Source: an uncultured delta proteobacterium
GTDB taxonomy: Bacteria; Myxococcota; Myxococcia; SLRQ01
DNA length: 64,000 nucleotides
Direction of reading: 5' to 3'
Assembly (NCBI GenBank): GCA_963727485.1
Contig: CAVSGM010000001.1
Coordinates: 96,001 to 160,000 of the forward strand
Every line of letters starts with the position of its first letter. The first letter of the stretch is position 1. Of the stretch, positions 9,817 through 19,385 are shown one piece after another. The notes under the pieces were generated by a model that was given only the letters and a program-made list of their open reading frames with translations, was not told the origin of the DNA and made no database searches. Position numbers and translations under genes: made by a program.

Positions 9817-10344
9817 GGGCCTCGCACCGACCCCACCGGCTCGGTCCACGGGCCGGATCCAGCGACAAGAGTGAACCTGGATCCCGCCCCTCGTACCCCA
9901 ACGGGGTTTGCCGACCCGCGCCACCCGGTGCGATCCCGAAGCGGGGCCTCGCACCGACCCCACCGGCTCGGTCCACGGGCCGGATCCAGCGACAAGAGTG
10001 AACCTGGATCCCGCCCCTCGTACCCCAACGGGGTTTGCCGACCCGCGCCACCCGGTGCGATCCCGAAGCGGGGCCTCGCATGCCGACCCCACCGGCTCGG
10101 TCCACGGGCCGGGATCCACGGGCCGCACAAGAGTGAACCTGGATCCCGCCCCTCGTACCCCAACGGGGTTTGCCGACCCGCCACCCGGTGCGATCCCGAA
10201 GCCGGGCCTCGCACCGACCCCACCGGCTCGGTCCACGGGCCGGATCCAGCGACAAGAGTGAACCTGGATCCCGCCCCTCGTACCCCAACGGGGTTTGCCG
10301 ACCCGCCACCCGGTGCGATCCCGAAGCGGGGCCTCGCACCGACC
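9817..10344. repeat. Non-coding tandem array of ~127-bp palindrome-rich units (4 full + 1 partial)
   Basis: Units start at 9817, 9944, 10071, 10204 and 10329 (gggcctcgca...), periods 127/127/133/125. Lies between convergent genes; no unique spacers. Confidence 0.95.
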
Positions 10345-10345
10345 T

Positions 10346-10374
10346 CCCCCGCCCCTCACCCCGCCCCTCACCCC
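10346..10374 (-). repeat. 12-bp micro-repeat (GGGGTGAGGGGC), G-quadruplex-capable, spanning the rluA stop
   Basis: Minus strand reads GGGG-TGA-GGGG-C-GGGG-TGA-GGGG-C-GGGGG (five G-tracts of 4 or more). Confidence 0.5.
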
Positions 10375-11345
10375 GCCTCGAGCCCCTCCCAAAACCCCCG
10401 CAGGTCCTCCGGCATCGGCGCCGTCACCTTGATCCCCAACGCCGGTATCCGGACCCGCGCCGCATGCAACGCCTGCCGCGGCAGCCGCAGCTGCGCCCGA
10501 TCCGCGTCGGTCATCGCCCCCTCCGTGAACCGCACGAAGATCCCCTCATCCGGCCCATAGATCTTGTCCCCGACCACCGGGTACCCGGCCGCCTGCAGAT
10601 GCGCCCGGATCTGGTGCTGCCGCCCGGTCTCCAGCCGGCACGCCACCAGCGAGTACCAGGCCCCGTCCCCGTCGCGCCGCCGCCCCAGCACCCGCACCCG
10701 CGTCGCCGCCGTCCGCGCCGCCGGGTGCCCGGGCTCCAGCACCGACACCCGGATCCTGACCTCATGCTCCCCGGCCAGCCCGAGCGGCAACGCGATCCGG
10801 GTCGACGTCCACCCGGGCGCCCCCTCCACGATGGCGAGATAGGTCTTCCTCACGGGCACCGCCGCGCCGGGCGCGAAGGCCGCCTTGAGCGCCTGGGTCG
10901 CCGGCTTCCCCCGCCCGCACACCAGCGCCCCGCTGGTCTCCCGATCCAGCCGATGCGCCGGATCCGGCCGGACGCCCTCGGCGTCCCGGTGATCCCGCCC
11001 GAGGATCGTCGTCGCCGTCCCCAGGTAGTACCGCGCCGTCGGGTGCACCGGCAGCCCCGCGGGCTTGTCCACCACCAGCACCCGTCCGTCGTCGAAGAGC
11101 ACCGGCAGCCGGTCCGGGATCCCCGCGGGCTCGGGCACCTCGGGCCGGCGCAGCACCACCACCATCCCCGCGGTCACCGGCGTCGAGGCCTTGAGCCGGC
11201 GCGGCCCCCGCTGCACCAGCTGCTCGCGGATGAGGCGCTGCACCTGGGCCCGGCTCGCCCGCTTGAGCTTCTCCTGGAGGTAGCGGTCCAGGCGCCAGCC
11301 GGCGTAGTTGGCCTCGACGGTGAAGGGGATCTCCACGTACCGCAC
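10368..11345 (-). CDS. RluA/RluD-family RNA pseudouridine synthase with S4-like N-terminus
   Basis: RLDRYL..SRAQVQRLI, VDKPAGLPVHP, catalytic HRLDRETSG, KTYLAIV, LETGRQHQIRAHL, GDKIYG, RQALHA. Start placed at GTG 11345. Confidence 0.92.
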   Translation of the reverse strand: MRYVEIPFTVEANYAGWRLDRYLQEKLKRASRAQVQRLIREQLVQRGPRRLKASTPVTAGMVVVLRRPEVPEPAGIPDRLPVLFDDGRVLVVDKPAGLPVHPTARYYLGTATTILGRDHRDAEGVRPDPAHRLDRETSGALVCGRGKPATQALKAAFAPGAAVPVRKTYLAIVEGAPGWTSTRIALPLGLAGEHEVRIRVSVLEPGHPAARTAATRVRVLGRRRDGDGAWYSLVACRLETGRQHQIRAHLQAAGYPVVGDKIYGPDEGIFVRFTEGAMTDADRAQLRLPRQALHAARVRIPALGIKVTAPMPEDLRGFWEGLEAG

Positions 11346-11427
11346 CGGGAGAAGGTGCCACAGCCGGCGCCGGTAAGGCCAACGGTCCCTTTTCGTGGAT
11401 CCGAGGGGGCGGTAGACTCCTGATTCC

Positions 11428-12555
11428 ATGCGTATCCTCGCGAGGACGATGACGATCCTGGTCGCGCTCACCGCCCTGGCACCGGCCTGGGCCGCGGCGC
11501 CGACCCACCACTTCGCGGTCCTCGACCTCAAGTCGCCGCCGCTCTTGGTGAACCTCGGGCGGACGGTGTCCCTGGCCGTGGCCGCCGAGGCCGGGAAGAT
11601 GGGCGACACCGCCGTCACCAGCCTCGACATCGCCGAGAAGCTCGGCGCCAACCCGGCGAAGGAGGCCATCGACTGTGGCCCCGACCCGGCCTGCCTCATC
11701 GCCGCCCTCAAGGGCCTGAAGGTCGATCGGATCATCGCCGGGACCTTCGGCCGCGACGCCACCCACTACGTCATCCACATGATCCACGTGGACGTGAAGA
11801 CCGGCCAGGTGGTCAGCCGCCTCGATCTCAACGTCCTCATCGCCGCCCGGGAGCTCACCCGGGACGTGCGCCAGGGGGCGCCGGCGCTCCTCCAGGGCGA
11901 GCCGGAGCAGACCGGCACCCTGGTGGTCGCCTCCAAGGTCGAGGGCGCCACCGTGATGGTCGACGGCCGGGCCGTGGGCCAGACCCCCAAGGTCACCGTG
12001 CAGCTCCAGCCGGGCAAGCACCAGGTCCACGTGGAGAAGACCGACTACCTCCCCGAGGATCGCTTCGTGGAGATCACCGCCAAGCAGACCACCCGCTTCG
12101 TGCCCCGGCTCTTCGTGGTCCCGGGCAAGCACCCGGGGGTGCTGGTGGCCAAGGCCGCGGCGCCCAGGAAGAAGCCCCAGGCGGGCCTCCCGCCGCTCCG
12201 GCTCCCCGCCGGGACCTGGGCCAGCCTCGGGGTCTCGGTGGTGGCCACCGGGGTCGGGGTCTACTTCGGCCTCCAGGCGCGGAACGTGGAGCGCCAGGCC
12301 ATCGACCTCAACCACGACGGGGTCCTCGACATCACCCGCAAGACCGCCCTGGCCGGCCAGCAGGACGCCCTGCTCTCCAACGTCCTCTACGCCACCGCCG
12401 GCGCCGGGGTCATCGCCGCGGCGGTGTTCGCGGTGCTGGCGCCCCAGCCCGCCGACGGGCAGCAGGCCAAGGACGCCGCCACCCAGCCCACCGCGCACCT
12501 CGGGGCCGCGGTCTTCCCCGGCGGCGGCGCCGTCACCCTCGGAGGCCGGTTCTGA
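11428..12555 (+). CDS. PEGA domain-containing secreted/membrane protein
   Basis: Signal peptide; PEGA motif GTLVVAS..GATVMVDG..VGQTP..PGKHQVHVEK; C-terminal hydrophobic helices and terminal LGGRF, typical of myxobacterial PEGA proteins. Confidence 0.8.
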   Translation: MRILARTMTILVALTALAPAWAAAPTHHFAVLDLKSPPLLVNLGRTVSLAVAAEAGKMGDTAVTSLDIAEKLGANPAKEAIDCGPDPACLIAALKGLKVDRIIAGTFGRDATHYVIHMIHVDVKTGQVVSRLDLNVLIAARELTRDVRQGAPALLQGEPEQTGTLVVASKVEGATVMVDGRAVGQTPKVTVQLQPGKHQVHVEKTDYLPEDRFVEITAKQTTRFVPRLFVVPGKHPGVLVAKAAAPRKKPQAGLPPLRLPAGTWASLGVSVVATGVGVYFGLQARNVERQAIDLNHDGVLDITRKTALAGQQDALLSNVLYATAGAGVIAAAVFAVLAPQPADGQQAKDAATQPTAHLGAAVFPGGGAVTLGGRF

Positions 12556-14153
12556 TGCGACGCACGGGTCTGCTCACCGTTGCCCTCTTGCTCCTCGCCG
12601 GCGTCGGCGCCGGCTGCAGCTACAAGGTCGACACCGCCGGCGGCAAGTTCACCTGCAAGACCGACGCGGACTGCGGCAGCGGCTGGGAGTGCATCGCCCA
12701 GGTCAGCGGCAGCCACACCTGCTTCAAGAAGGGCCAGTGCGTCAAAGAGGTCTGCGACAACAAGGACGACGACTGCGACGGCGTCGTCGACAACGGCTTC
12801 GACCTCCAGACCGACGACCACAACTGCGGGAAGTGCGGCAACGCCTGCCCCACCGGGACCGCCTGCTTCGCCGGGACCTGCGCCGAGACCATCTGCAACG
12901 ACGGCCTGGACAACGACCACGACGGCAACCCCGACTGCACCGACGCCGACTGCACCGGTCAGAGCTGCGGGCCCAACGGGCTCACCTGCGACAACTTCCG
13001 CTGCGTCTGCCCCCTGGGCGAGACCCATGAGCAGACCTGCGACGACGGCCTCGACAACGACTGCGACGGGCTGACCGACTGCGACGACCCCGACTGCCAG
13101 GGGCTCGGTTGCGGCGCCGGCCTCGCCTGCGGCACCGACGCCAAGTGCGACGTCGAGGCCGCCTGCGGCAACGGCAAGGACGACGACGGCGACGGGCTCA
13201 CCGACTGCTTCGACCCCGACTGCGACCAGAAGGCCTGCGGCAGCGGCTGCGAGTGCCAGGGCGGCCTGAAGACCGAGATCGCCTGCGACGACGGCGCCGA
13301 CAACGACGGCGACGGGCTCATCGACTGCGCCGACCCCGACTGCGCCGGGAAGAGCTGCGGGACCGGGTGCGTCTGCCACGAGGGCCAGGCCCACGAGACC
13401 GTCTGCGGAGACACCTTCGACAACGACGGCGACGGGCTCACCGACTGCGCCGACCCCGACTGCACCGGCCAGGACTGCCAGACCGGCGTCGCCTGTGCGG
13501 CCAACACCACCTGCAGCGTCGAGTCCGACTGCGCCGACGGCGTGGACAACGACGGCGACGGGCTCACCGACTGCGACGACCCGGACTGCACCGGGAAGAC
13601 CTGCGCCGCCGGCCTCGCCTGCGCCCCCACCAGCGGCGGCGGGTGCACCGTGGAGAACGACTGCGCCGACGGCGTGGACAACGACGGCGACGGGCTCACC
13701 GACTGCGCCGATCCCGACTGCGCCGGGAAGGCCTGCGGCGCCGGGCTCGCCTGCGGAGGCACCACCTGCAGCGTGGAGACCGCCTGCGCCGACGGGAAGG
13801 ACAACGACGCCGACGGCAAGACCGACTGCGCCGACCCCGACTGCGCCGGGCAGACCTGCGCCCCCGGGGCCACCTGCGGCACCGACCTGGCCTGCAGCGT
13901 GGAGACCAACTGCGCCGACGGGCAGGACAACGACGGCGACGGGAAGGTCGACTGCGCCGACCCCGATTGCACCGGGCAGGCCTGCGGCCCGGGCCTCGCC
14001 TGCGGCGGCGACCTCAAGTGCGACGTGGAGACCGCCTGCGCCGACGGGAAGGACAACGACGGCGACGGCCACATCGACTGCGCCGACCCCGACTGTGACG
14101 GCATGACCTGCGCCGCGGGCAAGGTGTGCTCGGGCGGCGCCTGCCCCCCCTAA
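12555..14153 (+). CDS. Cys/Asp-rich repeat lipoprotein (putative Ca/metal-binding repeats)
   Basis: TGATG overlap with the PEGA gene; GAGC lipobox; ten ~40-aa repeats with core C-x-D-G-x-D-N-D-x-D-G-x-x-D-C-x-D-x-D-C plus one CDNKDDDCDG motif. Confidence 0.85.
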   Translation: MRRTGLLTVALLLLAGVGAGCSYKVDTAGGKFTCKTDADCGSGWECIAQVSGSHTCFKKGQCVKEVCDNKDDDCDGVVDNGFDLQTDDHNCGKCGNACPTGTACFAGTCAETICNDGLDNDHDGNPDCTDADCTGQSCGPNGLTCDNFRCVCPLGETHEQTCDDGLDNDCDGLTDCDDPDCQGLGCGAGLACGTDAKCDVEAACGNGKDDDGDGLTDCFDPDCDQKACGSGCECQGGLKTEIACDDGADNDGDGLIDCADPDCAGKSCGTGCVCHEGQAHETVCGDTFDNDGDGLTDCADPDCTGQDCQTGVACAANTTCSVESDCADGVDNDGDGLTDCDDPDCTGKTCAAGLACAPTSGGGCTVENDCADGVDNDGDGLTDCADPDCAGKACGAGLACGGTTCSVETACADGKDNDADGKTDCADPDCAGQTCAPGATCGTDLACSVETNCADGQDNDGDGKVDCADPDCTGQACGPGLACGGDLKCDVETACADGKDNDGDGHIDCADPDCDGMTCAAGKVCSGGACPP

Positions 14154-14172
14154 TCCGGCCCCGGACCCGACC

Positions 14173-15228
14173 ATGCGAAGCCAGAAGGCCCTCCCGTCCC
14201 CGCCCGGCCGGTTGAATCGATTGGTCCTCGCCCTCGTCCTCGTGGGGGTGATGGGCGCTGCCACCGGCTGTACCGGCTTCCTCTACGGCCAGACCGGCGA
14301 CGTGATGTCGGGCTACACCGTGGACCACATGGTGCCCTACCTCATGGCGTCGGGCGACGTGGACATGGCCTGCGAGACCGGGGTCTCCATGGGCGCCTTC
14401 CTCATGAGCTTCGAGCAGGTCTCGAAGCGGCCCAACCGGGCGGCGCTGGTGACCCTGCTCTCGGCGGGGATGTGCGCCGAGGCGCGGGCCTGGGACGCCG
14501 AGCTCGCGCGGCTCCGGGCCCTCCACGGCGACCGCCCGGTGGCCGCCCAGGACGCGCGGATCGTGGAGGTGCGGGCCCACGCCCTGGCGGCCCGGCGCTA
14601 CCACCGGGCCTACGAGCGCCTGGTGGCGGCCTTCGGGCCTCCGGGGACGGGGAAGTGCCCGACGCTCCACGGCTCCGATTCGCTCCTCTACCTCCTCGGC
14701 CTCTCCGCCGGCCTGCTGGCGGTGATGCACGACAAGGCCGGGGGCGGGGTCGCCGGGGTCCCCCTGGACATCCCTCGCGCCGTGGCCCGGGCGAGCCGGT
14801 GCCTCCCCGACGCAAGGTGGTGGGGCGCGCCCTCGGCCCTGCGCGCCGCCATCTGGACCAGCGTCCCCGGCGCCGCCCCCAAGGGCGCCGATCCCTGGAA
14901 GGTCCTCGCCGACGCCGCCGCCCAGGGCGACGCCGCCGGGTTCCGCCTCCCGGGCGCCCTCGAGGTCCAGGCGGCGGCCGCCGCCGGGCGCACCGATTTG
15001 GTGGAGCAGGCCATCGCCCGCGAGGCCGCCAGCTACCAGAAGACCCCGCCGTCGAAGGCCTACCACCTCCTCGATCGCTACGCCTGGCTCATCGACCAGC
15101 ACGCCTCCGATGTGCTCTGGACCGGCAAGACCGGCCACCGCACCCCGGTGGACGGCTTCGGCACCTTCCCCGACCAGCCCGAGAAGACCCAGGAGGACGA
15201 CAGCCTCCTCCAGGGCCTCGGCCCCTAG
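14173..15228 (+). CDS. Helical lipoprotein, probable TatT-like component of a TPAT-type TRAP system
   Basis: ATGC lipobox, Ala-rich helical sequence, directly upstream of the solute-binding and TRAP permease genes. Family assignment is contextual. Confidence 0.55.
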   Translation: MRSQKALPSPPGRLNRLVLALVLVGVMGAATGCTGFLYGQTGDVMSGYTVDHMVPYLMASGDVDMACETGVSMGAFLMSFEQVSKRPNRAALVTLLSAGMCAEARAWDAELARLRALHGDRPVAAQDARIVEVRAHALAARRYHRAYERLVAAFGPPGTGKCPTLHGSDSLLYLLGLSAGLLAVMHDKAGGGVAGVPLDIPRAVARASRCLPDARWWGAPSALRAAIWTSVPGAAPKGADPWKVLADAAAQGDAAGFRLPGALEVQAAAAAGRTDLVEQAIAREAASYQKTPPSKAYHLLDRYAWLIDQHASDVLWTGKTGHRTPVDGFGTFPDQPEKTQEDDSLLQGLGP

Positions 15229-15236
15229 GAACCGCC

Positions 15237-16247
15237 ATGTACCGCACCGCTGCCTTCGTCCTCCTCGTCGCCCTCGCCGCCGCCGGCCCAAACCCCGCCG
15301 CCGCCGCGGCCCCGGTGAAGCGCAAGATCTGTGTCTACGACCCCAGCGGCGCCATGGGCGACGCCTTCAACGCCATGAAGGACTACCAGGCGGCGGCGCT
15401 GGCCTGGGGGGTGAAGGTCAAGCTCCTGCCCTACACCGACGAGAAGACGGCGGCCGAGGACTTCAAGGCGGGCAAGTGCGACGCGGCGCTGCTCACCGGG
15501 GTGCGGGCCCGGGCCTTCAACAAGTTCACCGGCTCCATCGAGGCCATGGGCGCGGTCCCCAGCTACAAGGTGCTCCACACGGTCATCGCGCTCCTCGCCA
15601 GCCCCAAGGCCGCCAGCCGGATGAGGTCGGGGAGCTTCGACACCGTGGGCATCTTCCCCGCGGGCGCCGTCTACCTCTACCTGCGCAACCGCAAGCTCAA
15701 GGACGTGGGGGACCTGGCGGGCAAGCGCATCGCCACCCTCTCCTTCGACCAGGCGGCGGTGGCGATGGTCGACCGCGCCGGGGCCTCGATGGTCCCCGCG
15801 GACATCGGCACCTTCGCCGGGATGTTCAACAACGGCTCGGTGGACGTGTGCTACGCCCCGGCCACCGCCTACCAGCCCCTGGAGCTCCAGAAGGGCCTGG
15901 CCAAGAAGGGCGGCATCGCCCGCTACCCGCTCGCCCAGCTCACCCTCCAGCTCCTCGCCCGGGTGGGCCGCTTCCCCGAGGGCTTCGGCAACGCCTCGCG
16001 CAGGTACGCCGCCGACCACTTCGGCCAGATGATGCGCCTGGTGAAGCGCGCCGAGAAGTCCGTCCCCAGCCACTACTGGATCGACATCACCGGCAAGGAT
16101 CGGGACAAGTACGACTCGCTCTTCCGCGACGTGCGGCTGAAGCTGCGCGACCAGGGCGTCTACGACGCCACCATGCTCACCCTCCTGCGGCGGGTGCGCT
16201 GCCGCGAGGATCCGGCCCGGGCCGAGTGCGCCCAGAAGGCCGAGTAA
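15237..16247 (+). CDS. Periplasmic solute-binding protein, DctP-like (DUF6091/AdeT-like)
   Basis: Signal peptide; ICVYDPSGAMGD, YTDEKTAAEDFKAGKCDA, DLAGKRIATL, FAGMFNNGSVD motifs recognised from this family; adjacent TRAP permease. Confidence 0.72.
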   Translation: MYRTAAFVLLVALAAAGPNPAAAAAPVKRKICVYDPSGAMGDAFNAMKDYQAAALAWGVKVKLLPYTDEKTAAEDFKAGKCDAALLTGVRARAFNKFTGSIEAMGAVPSYKVLHTVIALLASPKAASRMRSGSFDTVGIFPAGAVYLYLRNRKLKDVGDLAGKRIATLSFDQAAVAMVDRAGASMVPADIGTFAGMFNNGSVDVCYAPATAYQPLELQKGLAKKGGIARYPLAQLTLQLLARVGRFPEGFGNASRRYAADHFGQMMRLVKRAEKSVPSHYWIDITGKDRDKYDSLFRDVRLKLRDQGVYDATMLTLLRRVRCREDPARAECAQKAE

Positions 16248-16257
16248 GAGGCGCCGC

Positions 16258-18312
16258 TTGTCCCACGACCCCGTCGACCGGTCCCGGCTCCGGGCCTGGC
16301 TGTCCACCATCCCCGCGGTCATCCTCCTGGTCCTGGTCATCCTCCACGGGACCGGGGAGAAGGTGCACGCCCGCCTCCTCCAGATCGGCGAGGACGCGTG
16401 GCCCGGCTACGCCTCCCTGCGGGTGGAGCCGGTCAAGCCCACCTGTGACGTGAAGGCCAAGGCGGCGCCGGCGAAGCCCGCCAAGCCCGCCGGTGGCGAC
16501 GACTTCCTCAACGACCTGATGGGCTCGGACACCGGCTCGGCGGCGGCCGACGCCCAGGCCCAGGCGGCGGCGAGGAAGCAGTGCGAGGCGCAGAAGGCCC
16601 AGTACCGGGCCCTGATGAAGCGGATCACCCCGTCGCTGCGCGCCTACCGGTCGGTGGAGACCGCGTTCGCCGCCTTCGTGGCCCTGGGGGTGAGCTACCT
16701 CCAGCAGGTGCTGGTGCTGCTGCTGCTCATCTGCGCCGCCACCGCCACCGCCATCCGGGCCCACATCGGTCTGCGCTCGGTCCACACCCGCCGGGACGAC
16801 CGCTACTCGGAGGTGGCCCAGCTCGCCGCCAACCTCCTGCTCCTGCTCTCGTCGTTCTACAAGTGGCGCATCGACGTGGCCTCGGGGGTGGCGGTCCAGA
16901 ACCACTCGCTCCCCTACCTGTGGATGACCGGGTTCGCGGTGATGTCCGTCATCAACGTGGTCCACCTGGTGCGGCCGTCCCCGGCCCACGCCGCCGGCGG
17001 CAGCCGGCACAAGGCGCTGCTGGCGGTGCCCCTCTACGCCACCATGGGCCTCATCAGCGGCCTGTGGTTCTTCGTCTTCGAGCACCACCCCTCGGGCCTG
17101 GCGATCTACCTCCAGAAGCTCACCGAGCACGCCCTCATCTACATCCACGTGGGCCTCTACGTGTGGGCGGGGATGCTGCTCAAGCGCACCCGCCTCGCCG
17201 ACCTCTCCTTCGACCTGGTGCGCCCCTGGAAGCTCCCCGCTGAGCTGCTGGCCTTCGTGGTGGTCGCCGCCGCCGCCATCCCCACCGCCTACTCCGGCGC
17301 CTCGGGCATCTTCGTCATCGCCGCCGGCGCGGTGATCTACGAGGAGATGATCCGGGCCGGGGCGCGCAAGCAGCTGGCGCTCGCCACCACCGCCATGAGC
17401 GGCAGCCTGGGCGTGGTCCTGGCCCCGTGCCTCTTGGTGGTCATCGTCGCCTCCCTCAACAAGCAGGTGACCACCGACCAGCTCTACCACTGGGGCTGGC
17501 GGGTGTTCGCGCTGACCAGCATCCTCTTCCTCATCGCCAGCCTCCTGGTGCGCCGGGGGCCCCTGAACATGGCCAGCCCCCGGGAGGCGATGAAGGGGAC
17601 CTGGAAGGCGCTGCGTCCCCTGGCCCCGTACCTGGTGGTGGTGGCCCTGGTCCTCGGCGGCTACGGCCTGGGCCTCGGGACCGCCCTCGACGAGCACACC
17701 GCCCCGGTGATCCTCCCGGTGCTCCTGCTCCTGCTCCTGGTCTACGACCGGCGGGCGGCGCGGCGGGACCCGGATCTGAGACAGGCGCCCGACGCCCCGG
17801 TGCAGGCCCTCGGCTACCGGGCCGCGGTGGTCGACGCCACCCGGGAGACCACCGGCCACATCGGCGCCCTGCTCTCGCTGATGGGCCTGTCGGTGTGCGT
17901 CGGCGGGATCATCGAGCGCAGCGACGTGGTGGGATTGGTGCCCCAGCACTTCGCCTCGCCCCTGGTCACCATGATCGTCCTGGTGGCGGTGCTGGTGTTC
18001 ATCGGGATGATCATGGACCCCTACGGCGCGGTGATCCTGGTCTCCGCCGCCGTCGCCGACATCGCCTACCGCAACGGCATCAACCCGGTGCACTTCTGGA
18101 TGGTGGTCCTGGTGGCCTTCGAGCTCGGGTACCTGACCCCGCCGGTGGCGCTGAACCACCTGCTGGCGAAACAGGTGGTGGGCGTCGAGGCCGAAGAGGT
18201 GGTCCCCGAGAACGAGACCTTCTGGCGGCGCCATGAGCGGATACTCCTGCCCATGAGCGTGATGGGGACGGCGCTGCTCATCGTCGCCTTCGTGCCCCTG
18301 TGGTGGTACTGA
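16258..18312 (+). CDS. TRAP transporter fused permease (DctM domain with N-terminal extension)
   Basis: 684 aa, many TM helices; DctM C-terminal signature GMIMDP..AVIL..GINPVHFW..ELGYLTPPV. Confidence 0.85.
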   Translation: MSHDPVDRSRLRAWLSTIPAVILLVLVILHGTGEKVHARLLQIGEDAWPGYASLRVEPVKPTCDVKAKAAPAKPAKPAGGDDFLNDLMGSDTGSAAADAQAQAAARKQCEAQKAQYRALMKRITPSLRAYRSVETAFAAFVALGVSYLQQVLVLLLLICAATATAIRAHIGLRSVHTRRDDRYSEVAQLAANLLLLLSSFYKWRIDVASGVAVQNHSLPYLWMTGFAVMSVINVVHLVRPSPAHAAGGSRHKALLAVPLYATMGLISGLWFFVFEHHPSGLAIYLQKLTEHALIYIHVGLYVWAGMLLKRTRLADLSFDLVRPWKLPAELLAFVVVAAAAIPTAYSGASGIFVIAAGAVIYEEMIRAGARKQLALATTAMSGSLGVVLAPCLLVVIVASLNKQVTTDQLYHWGWRVFALTSILFLIASLLVRRGPLNMASPREAMKGTWKALRPLAPYLVVVALVLGGYGLGLGTALDEHTAPVILPVLLLLLLVYDRRAARRDPDLRQAPDAPVQALGYRAAVVDATRETTGHIGALLSLMGLSVCVGGIIERSDVVGLVPQHFASPLVTMIVLVAVLVFIGMIMDPYGAVILVSAAVADIAYRNGINPVHFWMVVLVAFELGYLTPPVALNHLLAKQVVGVEAEEVVPENETFWRRHERILLPMSVMGTALLIVAFVPLWWY

Positions 18313-18327
18313 CCGGCGCCGTCTAGG

Positions 18328-19385
18328 TGTGGGATCCCAAGAGGTCGTTCAGTGACTTGGTGAGTTGTTCACCCGGACCCCCCGAGGGAAGTTGGTGAGT
18401 GGCAAAACAAACCACTCCCACGAAGGGAAACCGGGTGAACGTCCACAGTCATGCACGAACGACTCCCATCAGTCGAGGTCTGATCATCCAGCGGGTCCAG
18501 CTCGAGGGCTGGACCGTGGGCGACGCTGCCGATGCAGCGGGCGTCAGCGAGCGGACCGCCTACAAGTGGCTGCGGCGGCATCGGGAAGAAGGCCACTCGG
18601 GCCTGCTGGACCGTACCTCGCGGCCGCGTCGGATGCCGCAGCAGCTGGGGGAGAAGTGGCGGCAGCTGGTGCTGGAGCTCCGGCGCGAGCACCGGATGAC
18701 CGGCAAGGCGATCGCCCAACGACTACGGCTGGGCAGGTCCACAGTGTCACGGCTCCTGAGGCGCCACCGGCCGTCCCGAGCGAGAGATCTTGAACCGAAG
18801 CTCCCGCCTCGTCGCTACGAGCGGAGCGAGCCCGGAGAGCTGCTCCACCTCGACGTCAAGAAGCTGGGGCGCATCAAGGGCGTAGGCCACAGGATCACAG
18901 GGGTCCGTACCCACCGGAATCGAGGCATCGGCTGGGACTACGTCCACGTGTGCATCGACGACTACAGCCGACTGGCCTACGTCGAGGTGCTCGAGAACGA
19001 GAAGGCAGTGACGACCCACGGCTTTCTGCAACGGGCGATCGCCTGGTTTGAGCGGCATGGGATCCAGGTGCGGGAGATCATGACCGACAACGGCAGCCCG
19101 TACGTTTCGAGGCTCTTCCGTCACGCCATCAACGAGCGGAGCCTGCGGCACATCCGCACCAGGCCCTACACGCCCAGGACCAACGGGAAGGCCGAGCGCT
19201 TCATCCAAACGACGCTGCGTGAGTGGGCCTACGCACGCCCCTACACAAGCTCGGCGGAACGAGCGAGAGCCCTCAAGAAGTGGCTACGCCACTACAACCT
19301 CAAGCGCCCTCACGGTAGTCTCGACGACAGGCCACCCATCAGCCGCCTCGACCGGGCAGCCTGGACAACCCGTCGGCACTCCACA
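18328..19385 (+). mobile_element. IS481-family insertion sequence (1058 bp)
   Basis: TGT...ACA ends; imperfect 25-bp IRs (tgtgggatcccaagaggtcgttcag vs tgtggagtgccgacgggttgtccag, 17/25); 6-bp target duplication TCTAGG at 18322-18327 and 19386-19391. Confidence 0.93.

Noticed and set aside
5328..10223. 1631-aa antisense ORF, and similar long shadows such as 19219..23460, 24164..27064 and 54551..57514
   Set aside because: They mirror real genes with strong GC3 bias, have low-complexity Ala/Gly/Arg/Pro translations and show no family motifs.
9817..10344. CRISPR array
   Set aside because: Units are near-identical along their full length, with no unique spacers and no cas genes in the window.
9817..10344. 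tRNA or c-di-GMP-I riboswitch copies (minus strand has GGTTCACTC and GGCAAACC)
   Set aside because: No cloverleaf with a proper T-arm or anticodon arm, no GNRA tetraloop/receptor, and the array lies 3' of both flanking genes.
9679..10560. ORFs crossing the tandem array (9679..10560, 9725..10339, 9802..10392, 9908..10261)
   Set aside because: The peptides cycle through frames because the period is not a multiple of 3; they are by-products of a stop-poor repeat.
5319..14153. TraA/TraB kin-recognition locus
   Set aside because: The Cys-rich proteins are N-terminally lipidated, and I see no PA14-like domain, MYXO-CTERM tail or adjacent OmpA-barrel gene.
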